A stretch of DNA of 64,000 bases from Alphaproteobacteria bacterium (lineage in GTDB: Bacteria; Pseudomonadota; Alphaproteobacteria; JAAXGF01). The position numbers were made by a program, and so were the translations under genes. The notes below the pieces were generated by a model, which made no database searches, had not been told where the DNA came from, and worked only from the letters and a program-made list of their open reading frames with translations. Below, one piece after another: positions 10,958 through 21,900 of this stretch; position 1 is the first letter of the stretch; each line of letters starts with the position of its first letter. Location: contig CAUVXB020000002.1 of the NCBI GenBank assembly GCA_963555825.3, positions 576,001 through 640,000 on the forward strand, written 5' to 3'.

Positions 10958-11100
10958 GCGCATGGACGTGCCGTGCAGCTCGAAGCGTATGGCGCCATGA
11001 ACGAGACGGTCGAGGATGGCGTCTGCCAGGGTGGGATCGTTGAGCTGGCGGTGCCAGTCGGCGACGGGCAACTGACTGGTGACGATCACCGAGCGGCGGC
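10958..11100 (-). pseudogene. istB: istB C-terminal remnant from a different IS21
   Basis: [14 protein letters not shown]...[25 protein letters not shown]. Confidence 0.75.
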
Positions 11101-11105
11101 TGACG

Positions 11106-11225
11106 CGGTCCGGTTCCGGGCCGGGGTCTCTGGAGCTTTCGCTTGAGGCGCGCCGGCGCGAGAGAGCCAATGACAACACCCCGCCCGAGCACGGGTTCGT
11201 GCTCACGGTGACTGCGCGCTGGTAG
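11106..11225 (+). pseudogene. C-terminal remnant of a second autotransporter paralogue
   Basis: [33 protein letters not shown] parallels GALELSFEARRRESANDDTDPVHEVGLRLTARF* at the end of 7838-10753. Confidence 0.75.
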
Positions 11226-11251
11226 CGGGATTAGCAAGCGGGAGACATGGG

Positions 11252-11536
11252 ATGAACCGATCGGAACTGGTCCGGCAGGTGGCCGTGCAAACGGGCTTGG
11301 ACCCGGCGGCGGCGGATGCGGCGGTGAAAGCCGCGCTCGGAGCGGTCGCCGGCGCGCTGGCGCGGGGCGAGACGGTACGGCTTGTGGGGTTCGGGGCGTT
11401 CGGCGTGCGCTCGCGCCCGGCGCGCACGGCGCGCAATCCCGCGACCGGCGCGAGCATCGCCGTGCCGGCGTCGCGGTCGGTGTCGTTCCGGGCCGGCAAG
11501 GGGCTCCGGGACGCGGTGAACCGGACGGCCGGGTAG
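11252..11536 (+). CDS. HU/IHF-family DNA-binding protein
   Basis: MNRSELV..., GFGAF, RTARNPATG, FRAGKGLRDAV. Confidence 0.95.
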   Translation: MNRSELVRQVAVQTGLDPAAADAAVKAALGAVAGALARGETVRLVGFGAFGVRSRPARTARNPATGASIAVPASRSVSFRAGKGLRDAVNRTAG

Positions 11537-11722
11537 CCGTGGCGGGGGCGGACGGACCGGGTTGCGGCTTCAGGGCGGGGCTTCGGCCCCCGCGGGAAGG
11601 CGGTCTGCGAACGACCGGCGCGGATCGCTGCGCCGCGCCAGGTCTTGCGGCACTGCCTTGGGCGACATTGGGCGGCGGCGTTGAATGATATTGGCGTGCG
11701 ACACTGGTGATGTTCGGCAGCT

Positions 11723-12536
11723 GTGCCGGACCCGGGCCGCGCAGTGCGGAACCGGTGCCGGGCAGTGAGGCGCCGGGGCCGTAAACGGGCCGCGAAGGAG
11801 ACCGTTGACGGGTTTCGGGCGTGGCTGTTTCTCAGACACGTCGAGACTTATCTGGCGGCGTGGCGGGTGCACTCCGTCCTGCCCGCTCTCGAGCCGGTCT
11901 TCGAGCCCGGTCCCTTCCCGATCCGCATCCAGACGGCGGCGGATCTGGAGGCCGCCCGGTTCGATGTTCTGGCGTGGGCGGACCCCGACGCGGACGGACC
12001 GGCGCCGCCCTTCTGGGTTCAATCGAAGATGGCGGAAGGCGTGCTTGAGCCGGACGCGGAGCCCCTGGTTGCAGAGGTTGCGGCCGACGGGGGCGCGGTC
12101 GAGGGGCTGCGCCTGGCCGGCGGCGACCTGGTGCTCAAGATCGAGTGGGTCGGCGCGGTCGTGCAGATCCGGATCCGGGGCTCCGCGCCGTTCCCCGAGG
12201 ACGGCGGGATCGACATTCGTCACCGCTTCGCGCTGCGGATGCCGCCGACGATGGGACGAATGGTCGACTTCTGGAGCGTGGCGGGCCTGCCGGCCCCTCG
12301 GTTGGGGCGGGTCGGGGGGCGAGGATCGGGCTCTTGTGAAGGCGCTGGACGGACTGCGGGCCGGTAAGACGCCGCGCCAGATTGCCGTGGACATCTACGG
12401 GGCGGACGAGGTGGCCGCCGAGTGGTACAGCGACGGCGGGATGCGCTCGCAGGTCAGGCGGTGGATCGACAAGGCCAGCGCCCTGGCGGACGGCGGCTGG
12501 CGCGACCTGGTGCCGCGCCATGGGCCCGTCGGGTGA
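11723..12536 (+). CDS. DUF6499/DUF2285 (FseA-like) transcriptional activator split by a +1 frameshift near 12314-12319
   Basis: AWLFLR motif in frame 11723; C-terminal ALDG..G...RQIA...YG...EW......RSQVRR......A...GGWRDL in the +1 frame. Confidence 0.65.
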
Positions 12537-12539
12537 CCG

Positions 12540-12793
12540 CGTTCGGGAGGCGTGCCGGCCTTTCGGACGGGTCGGGAACGGGGGGCGAAGATTGGGAGGA
12601 CTGCAAGTTCGTGAAGGAGCTGGACGGGCAGCGGGAGGACAAGGCGGCCCGCGAGGTCGCCGAGGTCATCTTCGGGCCGGCGGTCGAGGCCGAGTGGCGC
12701 TGCGACGGCGGGATGCGCTCGCAGGTCAGGCGGCAGATCGCCACGGCGCGCGCCCGCAACGGCGGCGGCCGGCGCGATCTCGTGACCCCGTAA
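12540..12793 (+). pseudogene. Second, stand-alone DUF2285 HTH module
   Basis: KELDG..AREVAEVIFG..EW..DGGMRSQVRR; shares GACGGCGGGATGCGCTCGCAGGTCAGGCGG with the first copy; no clear start. Confidence 0.55.
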
Positions 12794-12809
12794 CGGGGCG
12801 GAGGATTGA

Positions 12810-13315
12810 TCGGGTGCGGGCGACGATCTCGGCCTCGGCGGCCGTGGCCACCGGCGCGTCGTAATAGGTCGAGCGTGGCAGGCCCATCAGTCGGCATCCT
12901 TGGGCGATGGAGAGACCATCGGGCCGGCAATCACGGATGTAGTCGCGCTTCTCGGCCGGGGTGCGCTTTTCAGAGCCCCTTTTAGAAACTCGATCTCCAG
13001 CGCCTGCCGGCCGACCAGGCGCTCGAGGGCAGCGATTTTCGCCTCGTATTCCTGCAGGAGATCGGCAGCCTCGGCATCTTCGTCGTAGGTGCCGGCTTCC
13101 AGCTTCGCCACCCAGACACGGATCAAGTTACGCGAGACGTCGTGGCGCCGGGAGAGCCCGTGAAGGCTCTCCCCGGCGAGAAACTCCTGCGCCACCTGCC
13201 GCTTGAATTCGATACTGTATGTGCGGTGCTTTGCCATGGCTTTCATCCTCTGAAAGCCCGGCGTCCCCGGTCAACTCCTTATACATCACCTGTCCGGGTC
13301 CAGGGGCGCACTCCA
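12810..13315 (-). mobile_element. Truncated IS3-family element (orfA 12887-13246 plus start of orfB)
   Basis: YSIEFKRQVA HTH, LERLVGRQALEIEFLK; orfB start MGLPRSTYY then lost. Confidence 0.8.
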
Positions 13316-13384
13316 ATGACGGGGGTCAATATTGAGAGCCGATTGACACCCTGGAGGAAGGCAAAGCCATCTGGAGGGAAAAGT

Positions 13385-13462
13385 TCGTAGCCTGAACTTA
13401 AACTGACAGACGCCGCCTCAAATCCGGCACCTGTCAGATCAGGTCTGAATTACTACATCTAA
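13385..13462. promoter_or_regulatory. Tn3-family res-like site, interrupted by IS1380 (continues at about 15111-15121)
   Basis: Rejoined CTGACAG...TGTCAGATCAGGTCTGAATT...GTGACATA resembles Tn21/Tn1721-type res subsites (from memory). Confidence 0.4.
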
Positions 13463-15106
13463 ACCCGCATTTCCCAAGTATCGTCGATATTCAGTGCGGC
13501 GAGAAGGCGATTCTGCTATAAGAATCATGAAGTTGTAGCATACATGGAGCGGCGGATATGGCACACCCGATGGGTGAATCGAAACCGGGGTGCCTTCGGG
13601 TCGTTTTTGACCGTCGATTGAAGCTTGAATTCCACGGTTCCAAGATCACCTCTGATGCCGGGTTGCTCGCCTACCGGGAGCTTGACGATGCCCTCGGCCT
13701 GACTGAGATGGCCGAGGGTGTTTTCCAGGATAGCCGTACCGGCAAGAACGGATGGCACGGCATGACGGGTCAGTTTCGCCAGTCCGTTTTCGGGCGCCTT
13801 GGCGGCTATGACGATGTGAACGACGCCGACCGTCTGGGACGCGATCCCGCCATGCGCTGGATTGTTGGCGGCAAGGCCATCGAAAGACAGGCCGCTTCCA
13901 CCAGCCAGATGGGACGCTTCGAGACGGAGCTATTGGCCACCGACGAGAACGTTGAAGCCTTGGTCGACATGAACGGGGTGTGGATCGACAAGGTTCATGA
14001 CCGCCATCCGCCGAAGATGATCATTCTCGACATGGACAGCAGCGTCAGCCCGACCCATGGCGAACAAGAGGGAACAGCGTACAATGGTCACTTCGGCTGT
14101 ACCTGCTAGCATCCGCTATTCCTGTTCAACCAGTTCGGCGACTTGGAGAGATGTTCCCTGCGCCCCGGTAATGTTCACAGTGCCGACGGATGGCGGAATG
14201 TTCTGGAGCCGGTGGTGATGCGCTATAAGGAAAGGAAGGTGCGGCTGTATTTTCGTGGCGATGCCGCCTTCGCCTCACCGGAGATATACGAATATCTCGA
14301 AGCCGAGGGATTACTCTACGTCATCCGCCTCAAAGCGAACGCGATTCTCCAGCGGAACATTGCCCATCTGCTTACGCGACCTGTCGGTCGCCCGCCCGAC
14401 CATGTTCGCCGTTTCCACGCCAGCTTCAGCTATCAGGCCGGATCGTGGAACAAGAAGCGCCGTGTCGTGGCCAAAGTGGAGTGGCACCCCGGCGAGCTGG
14501 TTCCTCGCGTCGGTTTCATCGTCACTAATCTGTCGCGCCCTACCAAGCGGGTGGTGGCGTTCTATAATCACCGTGGCACGGCGGAGCAGCACATCAAGGA
14601 AGGCAAGAACGCCATCAACTGGACCCGTCTGTCATGTCGCAAGTTCCGCAACAATGCCGTTCGGCTCCAGCTTCACGCCCTGGCCTACAATCTGGGCAAC
14701 TTCATGAGGACACTGGCTTTGCCGAAGGAGGTGGAGCACTGGTCGATGACGACGTTGCGCGACAAGCTGGTGAAGATCGGGGCCAAGGTTGTCCGACATG
14801 GCCGCTACGTTACGTTCCAATTGGCTGAGGTGGCGGTGCCGAGGGACCTGTTCCGGAAAATCCTGAGCTTGATTGATGATCTGCGACGAAGACCCGCTCC
14901 GGCGTAGGCCGAGGGAATCGACGGCGAGGAGAAAGCGACAGGAGAGGTGTGTCTGGATGGCGAGAAAAATGACCGAGTGGCCTTCCAAGCGCGGGCCGAT
15001 TACCAAAATCATGCCATCGGATGGCTGCATAGGGGATACAGTTCCCTTGGCGGTGGGAAAGTGGTACGATTTCCACGAATTTGGATGGTATATGGGGAAT
15101 GTCGGT
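13463..15106 (+). mobile_element. IS1380-family element
   Basis: Imperfect IRs ACCCGCATTTCCC / GGGAATGTCGGT; CTAA duplicated at 13459-13462 and 15107-15110. Confidence 0.88.
13558..14907 (+). pseudogene. IS1380 transposase with internal nonsense codon (TAG 14107-14109)
   Basis: ITSDAG, LDMDS, HGEQEG..YNGHFGCTC*HPL (normally CYHPL), RGDAAF, FYNHRGTAEQHIKE. Confidence 0.9.
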
Positions 15107-15477
15107 CTAAGTGACATACCCTTCGAGCTCAAGACGGATGAGACGATGTGCGGGAATGGCGGCTGTGGGTCTACCATCGAATTTCGTGAGGAATAGGCTG
15201 TTGTTGCGCAGTGGGGATGTGCGAGAACTCGCGGCGGCGAGTTATCCACATATCCAGTGCGGCGGCAGTGATTTTCCTGGAATCGCAGGTGGCTTGTGCG
15301 GTGAACGGCGGTTAGCCTGACGCCGACGGGGGTGTGGCTGTTTGGGTCAGTGGTCCGGCTTGCCGGGCTCACTCAAGTTTGAATTGCCGCCCCCGTCACC
15401 TGCATCATCCGACGGGTCGACCGGGATGGTGCCGATCGCTGGCGATCGTGGCTCTGCAGGTAGACGAGACCGAAGGA

Positions 15478-16852
15478 GAGCTATAACCGAATCTTGTGTA
15501 CGGCGTTGAAATGAAGGCGGCGTATCCTGGTGATTGTTGATGTCACCACTTGAGCTAAGCCAAGGAAGGATACGCCATGAAAGAGAATACCGTTGTTGCT
15601 TTTCAAAACCCATCTGATTTTCAGAAAGATCCGTTGACGGAAGTCCTACAAGCTGGAGCTCGCGAGTTGTTGGCCCAAGCCGTTGAGGCCGAGGTCTCCG
15701 TGTTTTTGGGTAGCCATGCGGCGCTTGTTGACGCCGCCGGCCGCCGCCGGGTTGTCCGCAATGGATATCTGCCGGAACGCTTCATCCAGACCGGGATCGG
15801 CCCGGTGAGCGTGCGCCAACCCCGTGTGCGGGACCGGGGGGACGGCGCCATCCGCTTCACGTCGGCGATCCTGCCGCGCTATCTGCGCCGCGCCAAGAGC
15901 CTGGAAGACCTTTTGCCATGGCTGTATCTGAAGGGCATTTCCACCGGCGACTTCGGGGAAGCCTTGGCGGCGCTCCTGGGGAGCTCCGCGCCGGGGCTTT
16001 CGGCCTCCACGATCACCCGGCTGAAAGAGGTCTGGGGGGTTGAGGCGGAGCGCTGGCAACGGCGCGACCTCACGGCCAAGCGCTACGTCTATTTCTGGGT
16101 GGACGGCATCTATTTCAGCGCCCGCATGGAGGAAGAGAAGCAGTGCATCCTGGTGATCGTCGGGGCCACGGACAAGGGACAGAAGGAACTGATCGCCATC
16201 GCCGACGGCTATCGCGAAAGTGAGCAGTCCTGGCTCGAAGTTCTGCTCGATCTCAAGCGGCGCGGCCTTGAAATGGGTCCGCAACTGGCGCTCGGCGACG
16301 GCGCGCTCGGCTTCTGGAAGGCGCTCCGCCAAGTCTACCCAGGCGCCCGCGAGCAACGCTGCTGGGTTCACAAGACGGGCAACGTCTTGAACAAGCTGCC
16401 CAAGGGTCTGCAAAAGAAAGCCAAGGGGCGCCTGCAAGACATCTGGATGGCCGAAACCAGGAAGGATGCCGAGAGCGCCTTCGACTTCTTCCTGGAAGCC
16501 TACGGGCCGAAGTACGACAAGGCCGCGGCCTGCCTGGCCAAGGACCGCGACGTCCTGCTGACGTTCTACGACTTCCCCGCCGAGCACTGGAAGCATGTAC
16601 GCACGACCAACCCCATCGAGAGCACGTTCGCCACGGTTCGTCTGCGCACCTACCGGACCAAGGGCTGCCTGTCGCGCAAGACGGCGATGGCCATGGTCTT
16701 CAAACTATGCCAGTGCGCTCAGAGAAAATGGAGAAAACTCGATGGATCGAACCATCTCGCCGAGATCATTCGCGGCGTCAAATTCGTAGATGGAGAACGC
16801 CAGGATCGCGCCGCCGCATGATCAGCCCATACACAACTTTTGACAATAGCTC
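15478..16852 (+). mobile_element. IS256-family element (type A), complete
   Basis: IRs GAGCTATAACCGAATCTTGTGTA / TACACAACTTTTGACAATAGCTC; 9-bp TSD ACCGAAGGA. Confidence 0.95.
15577..16821 (+). CDS. IS256-family transposase
   Basis: RNGY, LYLKGISTGD, WVDG, GDGALG, QRCWVHK, TTNPIES. Confidence 0.95.
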   Translation: MKENTVVAFQNPSDFQKDPLTEVLQAGARELLAQAVEAEVSVFLGSHAALVDAAGRRRVVRNGYLPERFIQTGIGPVSVRQPRVRDRGDGAIRFTSAILPRYLRRAKSLEDLLPWLYLKGISTGDFGEALAALLGSSAPGLSASTITRLKEVWGVEAERWQRRDLTAKRYVYFWVDGIYFSARMEEEKQCILVIVGATDKGQKELIAIADGYRESEQSWLEVLLDLKRRGLEMGPQLALGDGALGFWKALRQVYPGAREQRCWVHKTGNVLNKLPKGLQKKAKGRLQDIWMAETRKDAESAFDFFLEAYGPKYDKAAACLAKDRDVLLTFYDFPAEHWKHVRTTNPIESTFATVRLRTYRTKGCLSRKTAMAMVFKLCQCAQRKWRKLDGSNHLAEIIRGVKFVDGERQDRAAA

Positions 16853-17215
16853 ACCGAAGGATGATCCGAGGGTCTTGTTTGCTGAAGGAGCGATCCATGC
16901 TGAACCCCCAAGCTTTGCAACTGCGTGTCGGTGTCGATGTCGGCTCGCAGTGCCACTCTGTTGCCGTCGGTCTCACGGACGGCAGTCTGCTCGAGGAATT
17001 CGAGATCCCGCATACGGCAGCGGGTTTCGAGTATTTCTTTGCCCGCATCGAGGGGCACGCCAAGCGCCATCCCTAACCCGCTTCCCTACCGCGACCCTTC
17101 GCCTTGCGGAATGAAATAGAGCGCGGGTCGCTGACCGCGCTGCGGGAGAAGTTGGTATCTGTGTCCTCGACTTGTGCTATATCAATCAGCCGAAATACGT
17201 TTTCCTGGAGCCCGT

Positions 17216-18610
17216 ATGCGCATCCCTGGAGCCGATAAGGCTATCGACAATCTCATTAAATGGTCCGCGAACGAGGAGTGGAACCCTTTTCGTGAGCAGG
17301 TATTCGCGGAGCATTTTGACATGATCTTCGACCGCTTCGACACCACCAAGGAGGAAATCGCCGACCTTCTAGGCGATTCATTTGGCATGGTGTTCGGGTG
17401 CGTCCTCGAGGACTTCTTTACCGCCAGATTTGGCGACAAGGGCGATAACATCATTGATGACTACCTGAAGCGACGGGGGTGGCGGGAGAAAATCTCGGCA
17501 AAACGTTACCTGGAGGCCATCAGGGACTCTGTTTTGTCGCTCTACGAGGTCGTTGACCTAGATCCGGGACACAGTATGACGGTCAGGGATTTGGTATTGG
17601 GGGGCGATACTATCACTGTAGAGGAAAAGCTTGGGTCGGAAACGGCCGCGCGGTGGGACCGGATTGCTGGACGGATCGTGACGGTCAACAAGAAGGTCTA
17701 TTTCACCGGCTCCTTGCTGCTGTTCCCGCACGAGGTGGCGGATGAGATTCTTTCCGGCATCGAGGAGATGGTCAAGAGTATCAAGAAGAAGCTCCAGAGG
17801 GAGGCCAAGAAGCAGGGAGAACCAGCGGATTTCAAGGACAGAGACCTGCGGGAGATGTTTCTTCACGCGAGCGCCCGCCTATTCACCCGGACTTGGCTGA
17901 TTGATGTTCTGGATCGAGCCTCAGAACCTTTACCCGAGATCCGCAATACCGATGGCGATGAGATCGTGTTCTCAGAAGCCCGGTTTCCAATCACCGGCGA
18001 ACTTGCCAGTGTCATCGTCGGCCTCGACGCAATCAACGAGTTCGAAAGGGACGACCCCGACGAATTGCAATGGACTTGGCATGGACATGGTTCACCATCC
18101 AAGAGGGTGTCGCGAGGAAAGGGCCACACCTTCAAGGCGGACGATGATGCCGGTCGAACCATACTGGGCAACATCGAGATCGGTGAGGACGCACTAGTCC
18201 TGAGCACGAATTCGAAGGAACGCGCCGATAAGGGCCGGGACCTATTGCTTTCTCGCCTTGATGGGTTGGTTGGCCAGCCTCTGACCTCACATCAGACCCC
18301 GGAGAAAATGCTTGATGAGCGATCCGGTTCCGCTCCTGTGCAGTCCGAACTGCCTCCCGAAGTGGCAGAGCAAGTCATCCATTCCTATTTGGAAACCCAT
18401 TATCGGCAGGCCCTCGATGACCCGCTGCCTTATCTCGACGGCAAAACACCTCGACAAGCCGCAAAGACCAAAAAGGGCAGAGCGCAAGTGATAAATTGGC
18501 TCAAGAAACTGGAAAACTCGGAAGCCAGGCGCGCTGCTAGTGAAGGGCAAGAGCCCTATAACTTCCAGTGGATGTGGCGGGAGATGAAGATCGACGATGC
18601 TCGTCGCTAA
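17216..18610 (+). CDS. Conserved hypothetical protein with C-terminal MbcA/ParS(DUF2384)-like motif
   Basis: Long intact ORF with RBS; C-terminal LDDPLPYLDGKTPRQA motif. Confidence 0.7.
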   Translation: MRIPGADKAIDNLIKWSANEEWNPFREQVFAEHFDMIFDRFDTTKEEIADLLGDSFGMVFGCVLEDFFTARFGDKGDNIIDDYLKRRGWREKISAKRYLEAIRDSVLSLYEVVDLDPGHSMTVRDLVLGGDTITVEEKLGSETAARWDRIAGRIVTVNKKVYFTGSLLLFPHEVADEILSGIEEMVKSIKKKLQREAKKQGEPADFKDRDLREMFLHASARLFTRTWLIDVLDRASEPLPEIRNTDGDEIVFSEARFPITGELASVIVGLDAINEFERDDPDELQWTWHGHGSPSKRVSRGKGHTFKADDDAGRTILGNIEIGEDALVLSTNSKERADKGRDLLLSRLDGLVGQPLTSHQTPEKMLDERSGSAPVQSELPPEVAEQVIHSYLETHYRQALDDPLPYLDGKTPRQAAKTKKGRAQVINWLKKLENSEARRAASEGQEPYNFQWMWREMKIDDARR

Positions 18611-18728
18611 GAAAGTAAAACCGTGATCGAAAGCAGAGCCCTAGCAGGAAATCCGGCATAGGCTTTGAATGTCTCTCGTTGGGGGATAAGCGGAAGTTCA
18701 AGGCACGGCCCCAAAGAGTCCGCTTATA

Positions 18729-18897
18729 ATGGGGTGGACGGCCCCACACGGCATCTAGGTGCCAGAAGTGGTAGCTGTTGACTGACCACTTACAAAGGAG
18801 CCGTCCTATGACCGAAGTTAGCACGATTGGGCTTGATCTTGCGAAGAACGTTTTCCAGGTTCACGGGGTCGATGTCTCAGGCGAGACCGTGATCCGC
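18729..18897 (+). pseudogene. IS110 (IS1111-group) left end and N-terminal transposase fragment next to REP-like hairpins
   Basis: MTEVSTIGLDLAKNVFQVHGVD from ATG 18808. Confidence 0.8.
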
Positions 18898-18945
18898 CCT
18901 AAAGAGTGTCTTAAGTCTCGGTCTGTAGCGCCAAGCGCGAGGCTG

Positions 18946-21900
18946 CTACATGCCCATGCTTCGTCCCCGGGATCTTTTGTGGGTCTGGCGTTCTTCTTCC
19001 TCGGCCGTTTCGCGCGTTTTGGAGTGGCGCTCAACATAGTCGTCGAATTCCTTTTGTGCCGCCTTGCGTTCTTCCCCCGTTGCGTTGTACGCGGCTGACT
19101 GGAGCCGGCTGAACTCGCGAGCGTCCCTTTGTGCGCGGCGCTGGCTTTCCTCGTGCGTCTCCTGCGGTGCGGATTGTTCGCTATGGCGCTCCCGTTCAGC
19201 GGCCTCCGATATCTGCCTGTCGTCCCTGGCCATCAGCCTGCCGATATCGGTGAGCGCCCAGCGCATGCGCTCCAGGCCGAGCGGGATGCCGTTGAGATGA
19301 CTGCCGTAGATAACATGGCCATCCATGATACGCCGGCCGGTCTCGGCCAGCCTGTCGATGTCCGTCCGCCACCTGTCATAGCCGGTGAGACCGGTAACCG
19401 GTCTGTTTAAATCGATCGCGACGGTTTCCAGCACCTCGCTACGATATTCCAGCCGGTCCTTGACCGCAGCGAGATAATCCTCGATTTCACGCCGGGTTTT
19501 GGTCCCTTTGTCGAGTTGGGCGAGCACGTTCCCGAGCGACCGGCGTGGGCGGTCTTCAAGGGCCGGGTTTTTGGCCAACGCTTCCATGCGGGCTCGGAGC
19601 TGTTTGTAGCCTTTCACATATATGGCATGAACACCGGCCCGTTCCGCGGCCGCGAGGTGACGGCTCCAGTCATGTCTCAATACCGAATAGGTATCCCAGG
19701 CGATCTGCTCTTCCGTGTGTGTGGACGGTTCCTTCACGGACGGGGCTGGCGCCACGGGTGAAGGTTGTACATCCGGATCTCGTTCGGTTGGCATGGCAAC
19801 CGTTTCAATCGGTGGAGGGGCATGTGCTGGGTTACGCGGCCTGTCACCGTCAGGCCCTGCAGGCTGGATGCGCCCGTCCGGCACGGTGACTGCCGGTTCA
19901 ACGGCTCCGACGCCAAGCGGCAGCACTCCCTGGCGCCTCTTGGGCTCGATCCCCTGTTGTTCGGCCTCCCGCTTGATCCGATGCACGTAGCGCATCGTGG
20001 ACGCCCGCCGGTGGCGTCGCGCCCGTGTATGGAGATCCTCGAAAGCATCGAGGTCCTTGCGCCCGATGCCGCCGCGCTGGGCCAACAGGGAGGCGAAGTC
20101 GCCGGGCCGGGCGCGGAAGATCTCGGCCTGTTTCAGCAGCACGGCGTGCCGGGTGAGGGTTTCCTGGAAAGCCCCGCTGAGCGCGACGGAGTCGCCCTCG
20201 GCGCGAGTCCGTTCGCGGAGATCGTCGTACGCCGCCAGAACTTGCCCGCGGCCGTCTACGAACGAAGCCACCGCCTGGGCATGACGCCAGCCGAAGGCGG
20301 TGCGCCGGATATCCCGTGCGATGCGAGCCAGCGCGTTGTCGTTCGCCGCCGGACGGGCTTCCAGCGGTTCTCCCCGGGTTTCTCGGATTGACCGGGAATT
20401 GTCCTCCCGGACATTCTCCCGCCGGTCTTCCCATTTGCCCTCGGCCATGTAGTCGAGCGCGGCCTCCTTCGGTTGCGACCGCGACCAGCGTTCAGCCAGA
20501 TACGCCCGGATCTCGGTGTCCGTTACCGCCACTTCCCGGTCGTTGTCCGCTCGCCTGTCGGCGATATCGAGAGCGAGCGGGGCGCGATTGACATAGATGT
20601 CGAGCCCCTCGCGATGGCGTGTCGCGGCGGGATAGATCGTCTCACGCGCGGGCCTTGCATCGGCCAGCAGGAACGTGCGGTCCACGGTCAACCCCTGGGC
20701 CGAGGTGATGGTGAGCGCATAGCCGTGATCGAGGCGGATATTGCTGTACCAGTCGCGGATCTCGTCGTGATGGAACGAGACGGACCGCCCATCCTCGGTA
20801 CGCGCCGATATCAGGACACTCGGCTCCGTACCGGCCTCACCCCTCTCAACCTTGAAGTCGTCCACCGTGACCACGGTGCCGTTGAACAGCTGCTTCTCCC
20901 AGTGGGTGGCGCCGATACGCAGCCTGTCGCCGCGCGCGATCTCGAGCGGCGAAGCCGTCCGTTCGTCTTCCATCCCCCGGCTTACGATCACCGTCACCCG
21001 ATCCGTATCGAGCCGTTCCCCATCCGGCAGGGCGGCGAACCGGCGTTCCCGCATCAGATGCGAAAGAGCCCGCACCTCGGCCCGTGTGCGCGCCAGCACC
21101 ACGCTGGACTTGTCGGGGTTCGCCCGCTGGTAGCGATCCCAGTCATCAACCAAGCCGGTCAACGTCTTTTCTTCATCATATCCGATATGGAACCGGCCTC
21201 TTGCGTGATGAGCCGCGATGGCCGATACCGCATCGCCATCGCGCAAGGCCTCCGACGCGGCAACCTGCCACGGCGTGAACTGGGGCTTCTCAGCCATGGC
21301 CTCGTAGTCGCCAAGAATTTTGGCGCGTTCTTGCTCTCCCATCAATTCCGCGCGGAACCGCGCTGCCTCCGGCGTCTCGCCATGGACATGAACCAGGATA
21401 TCCTCCGGGTCCGCTTTCTGGCGCCGTATGCGGTCCACCCGCACGCTGCCAACGGCGTCGCGGATCAACCTCAACCCCGGTCCCGCTTCCACCGGTTGTT
21501 GCTGCTGTGTGTCGCCCGCGAAGACGATCTTCGCTCCATGGCGTTCGGAGAGTTGGAGAATGTGATGCGCCTGGCGGGTCGACAGCATCCCCGCTTCGTC
21601 GACGATAATGGTGGTATCCTTGTTAATCTCGATCCCACCCCGAGCGGCAAGGCGCAGCAGCTTGTCGACACAGAACGGCCGCGCATCGACATCGTTGCCA
21701 AGCGCCACGGCCGTGCGCCAGGCCACGGCCGTGGCGATAATGCTCTGCCCGTGTTCGCGATAGAGATCGGCAATGGGCCTGAGCGTCGTGGTTTTGCCCG
21801 AGCCTGCCGCTCCTTCGATGATGGCGACCCGGCCCTCGGATGAGGTGACCGAGCGGATCGCCGCGATCTGTTCCTCGCTCAGCGGATAACCCGCCTTCAG

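Larger units (their letters stand above)
15325..17076 (+). pseudogene. IS110-family remnant: structured 5' non-coding leader split by IS256, plus N-terminal transposase fragment 16897-17076
   Basis: MLNPQALQLRVGVDVGSQCHSVAV is an IS110-type N-terminus; leader is continuous across the IS256 TSD. Confidence 0.7.

Noticed and set aside
8030-11043. Long alternative ORFs (8030-10876 minus, 9211-11043 plus)
   Set aside because: Shadow frames of the GC-rich autotransporter; no motifs
14107-14109. Amber read-through or alternative genetic code in the IS1380 transposase
   Set aside because: TAG ends normal genes here (HU, umuD, SNF2); a Tyr-to-stop point mutation is simpler
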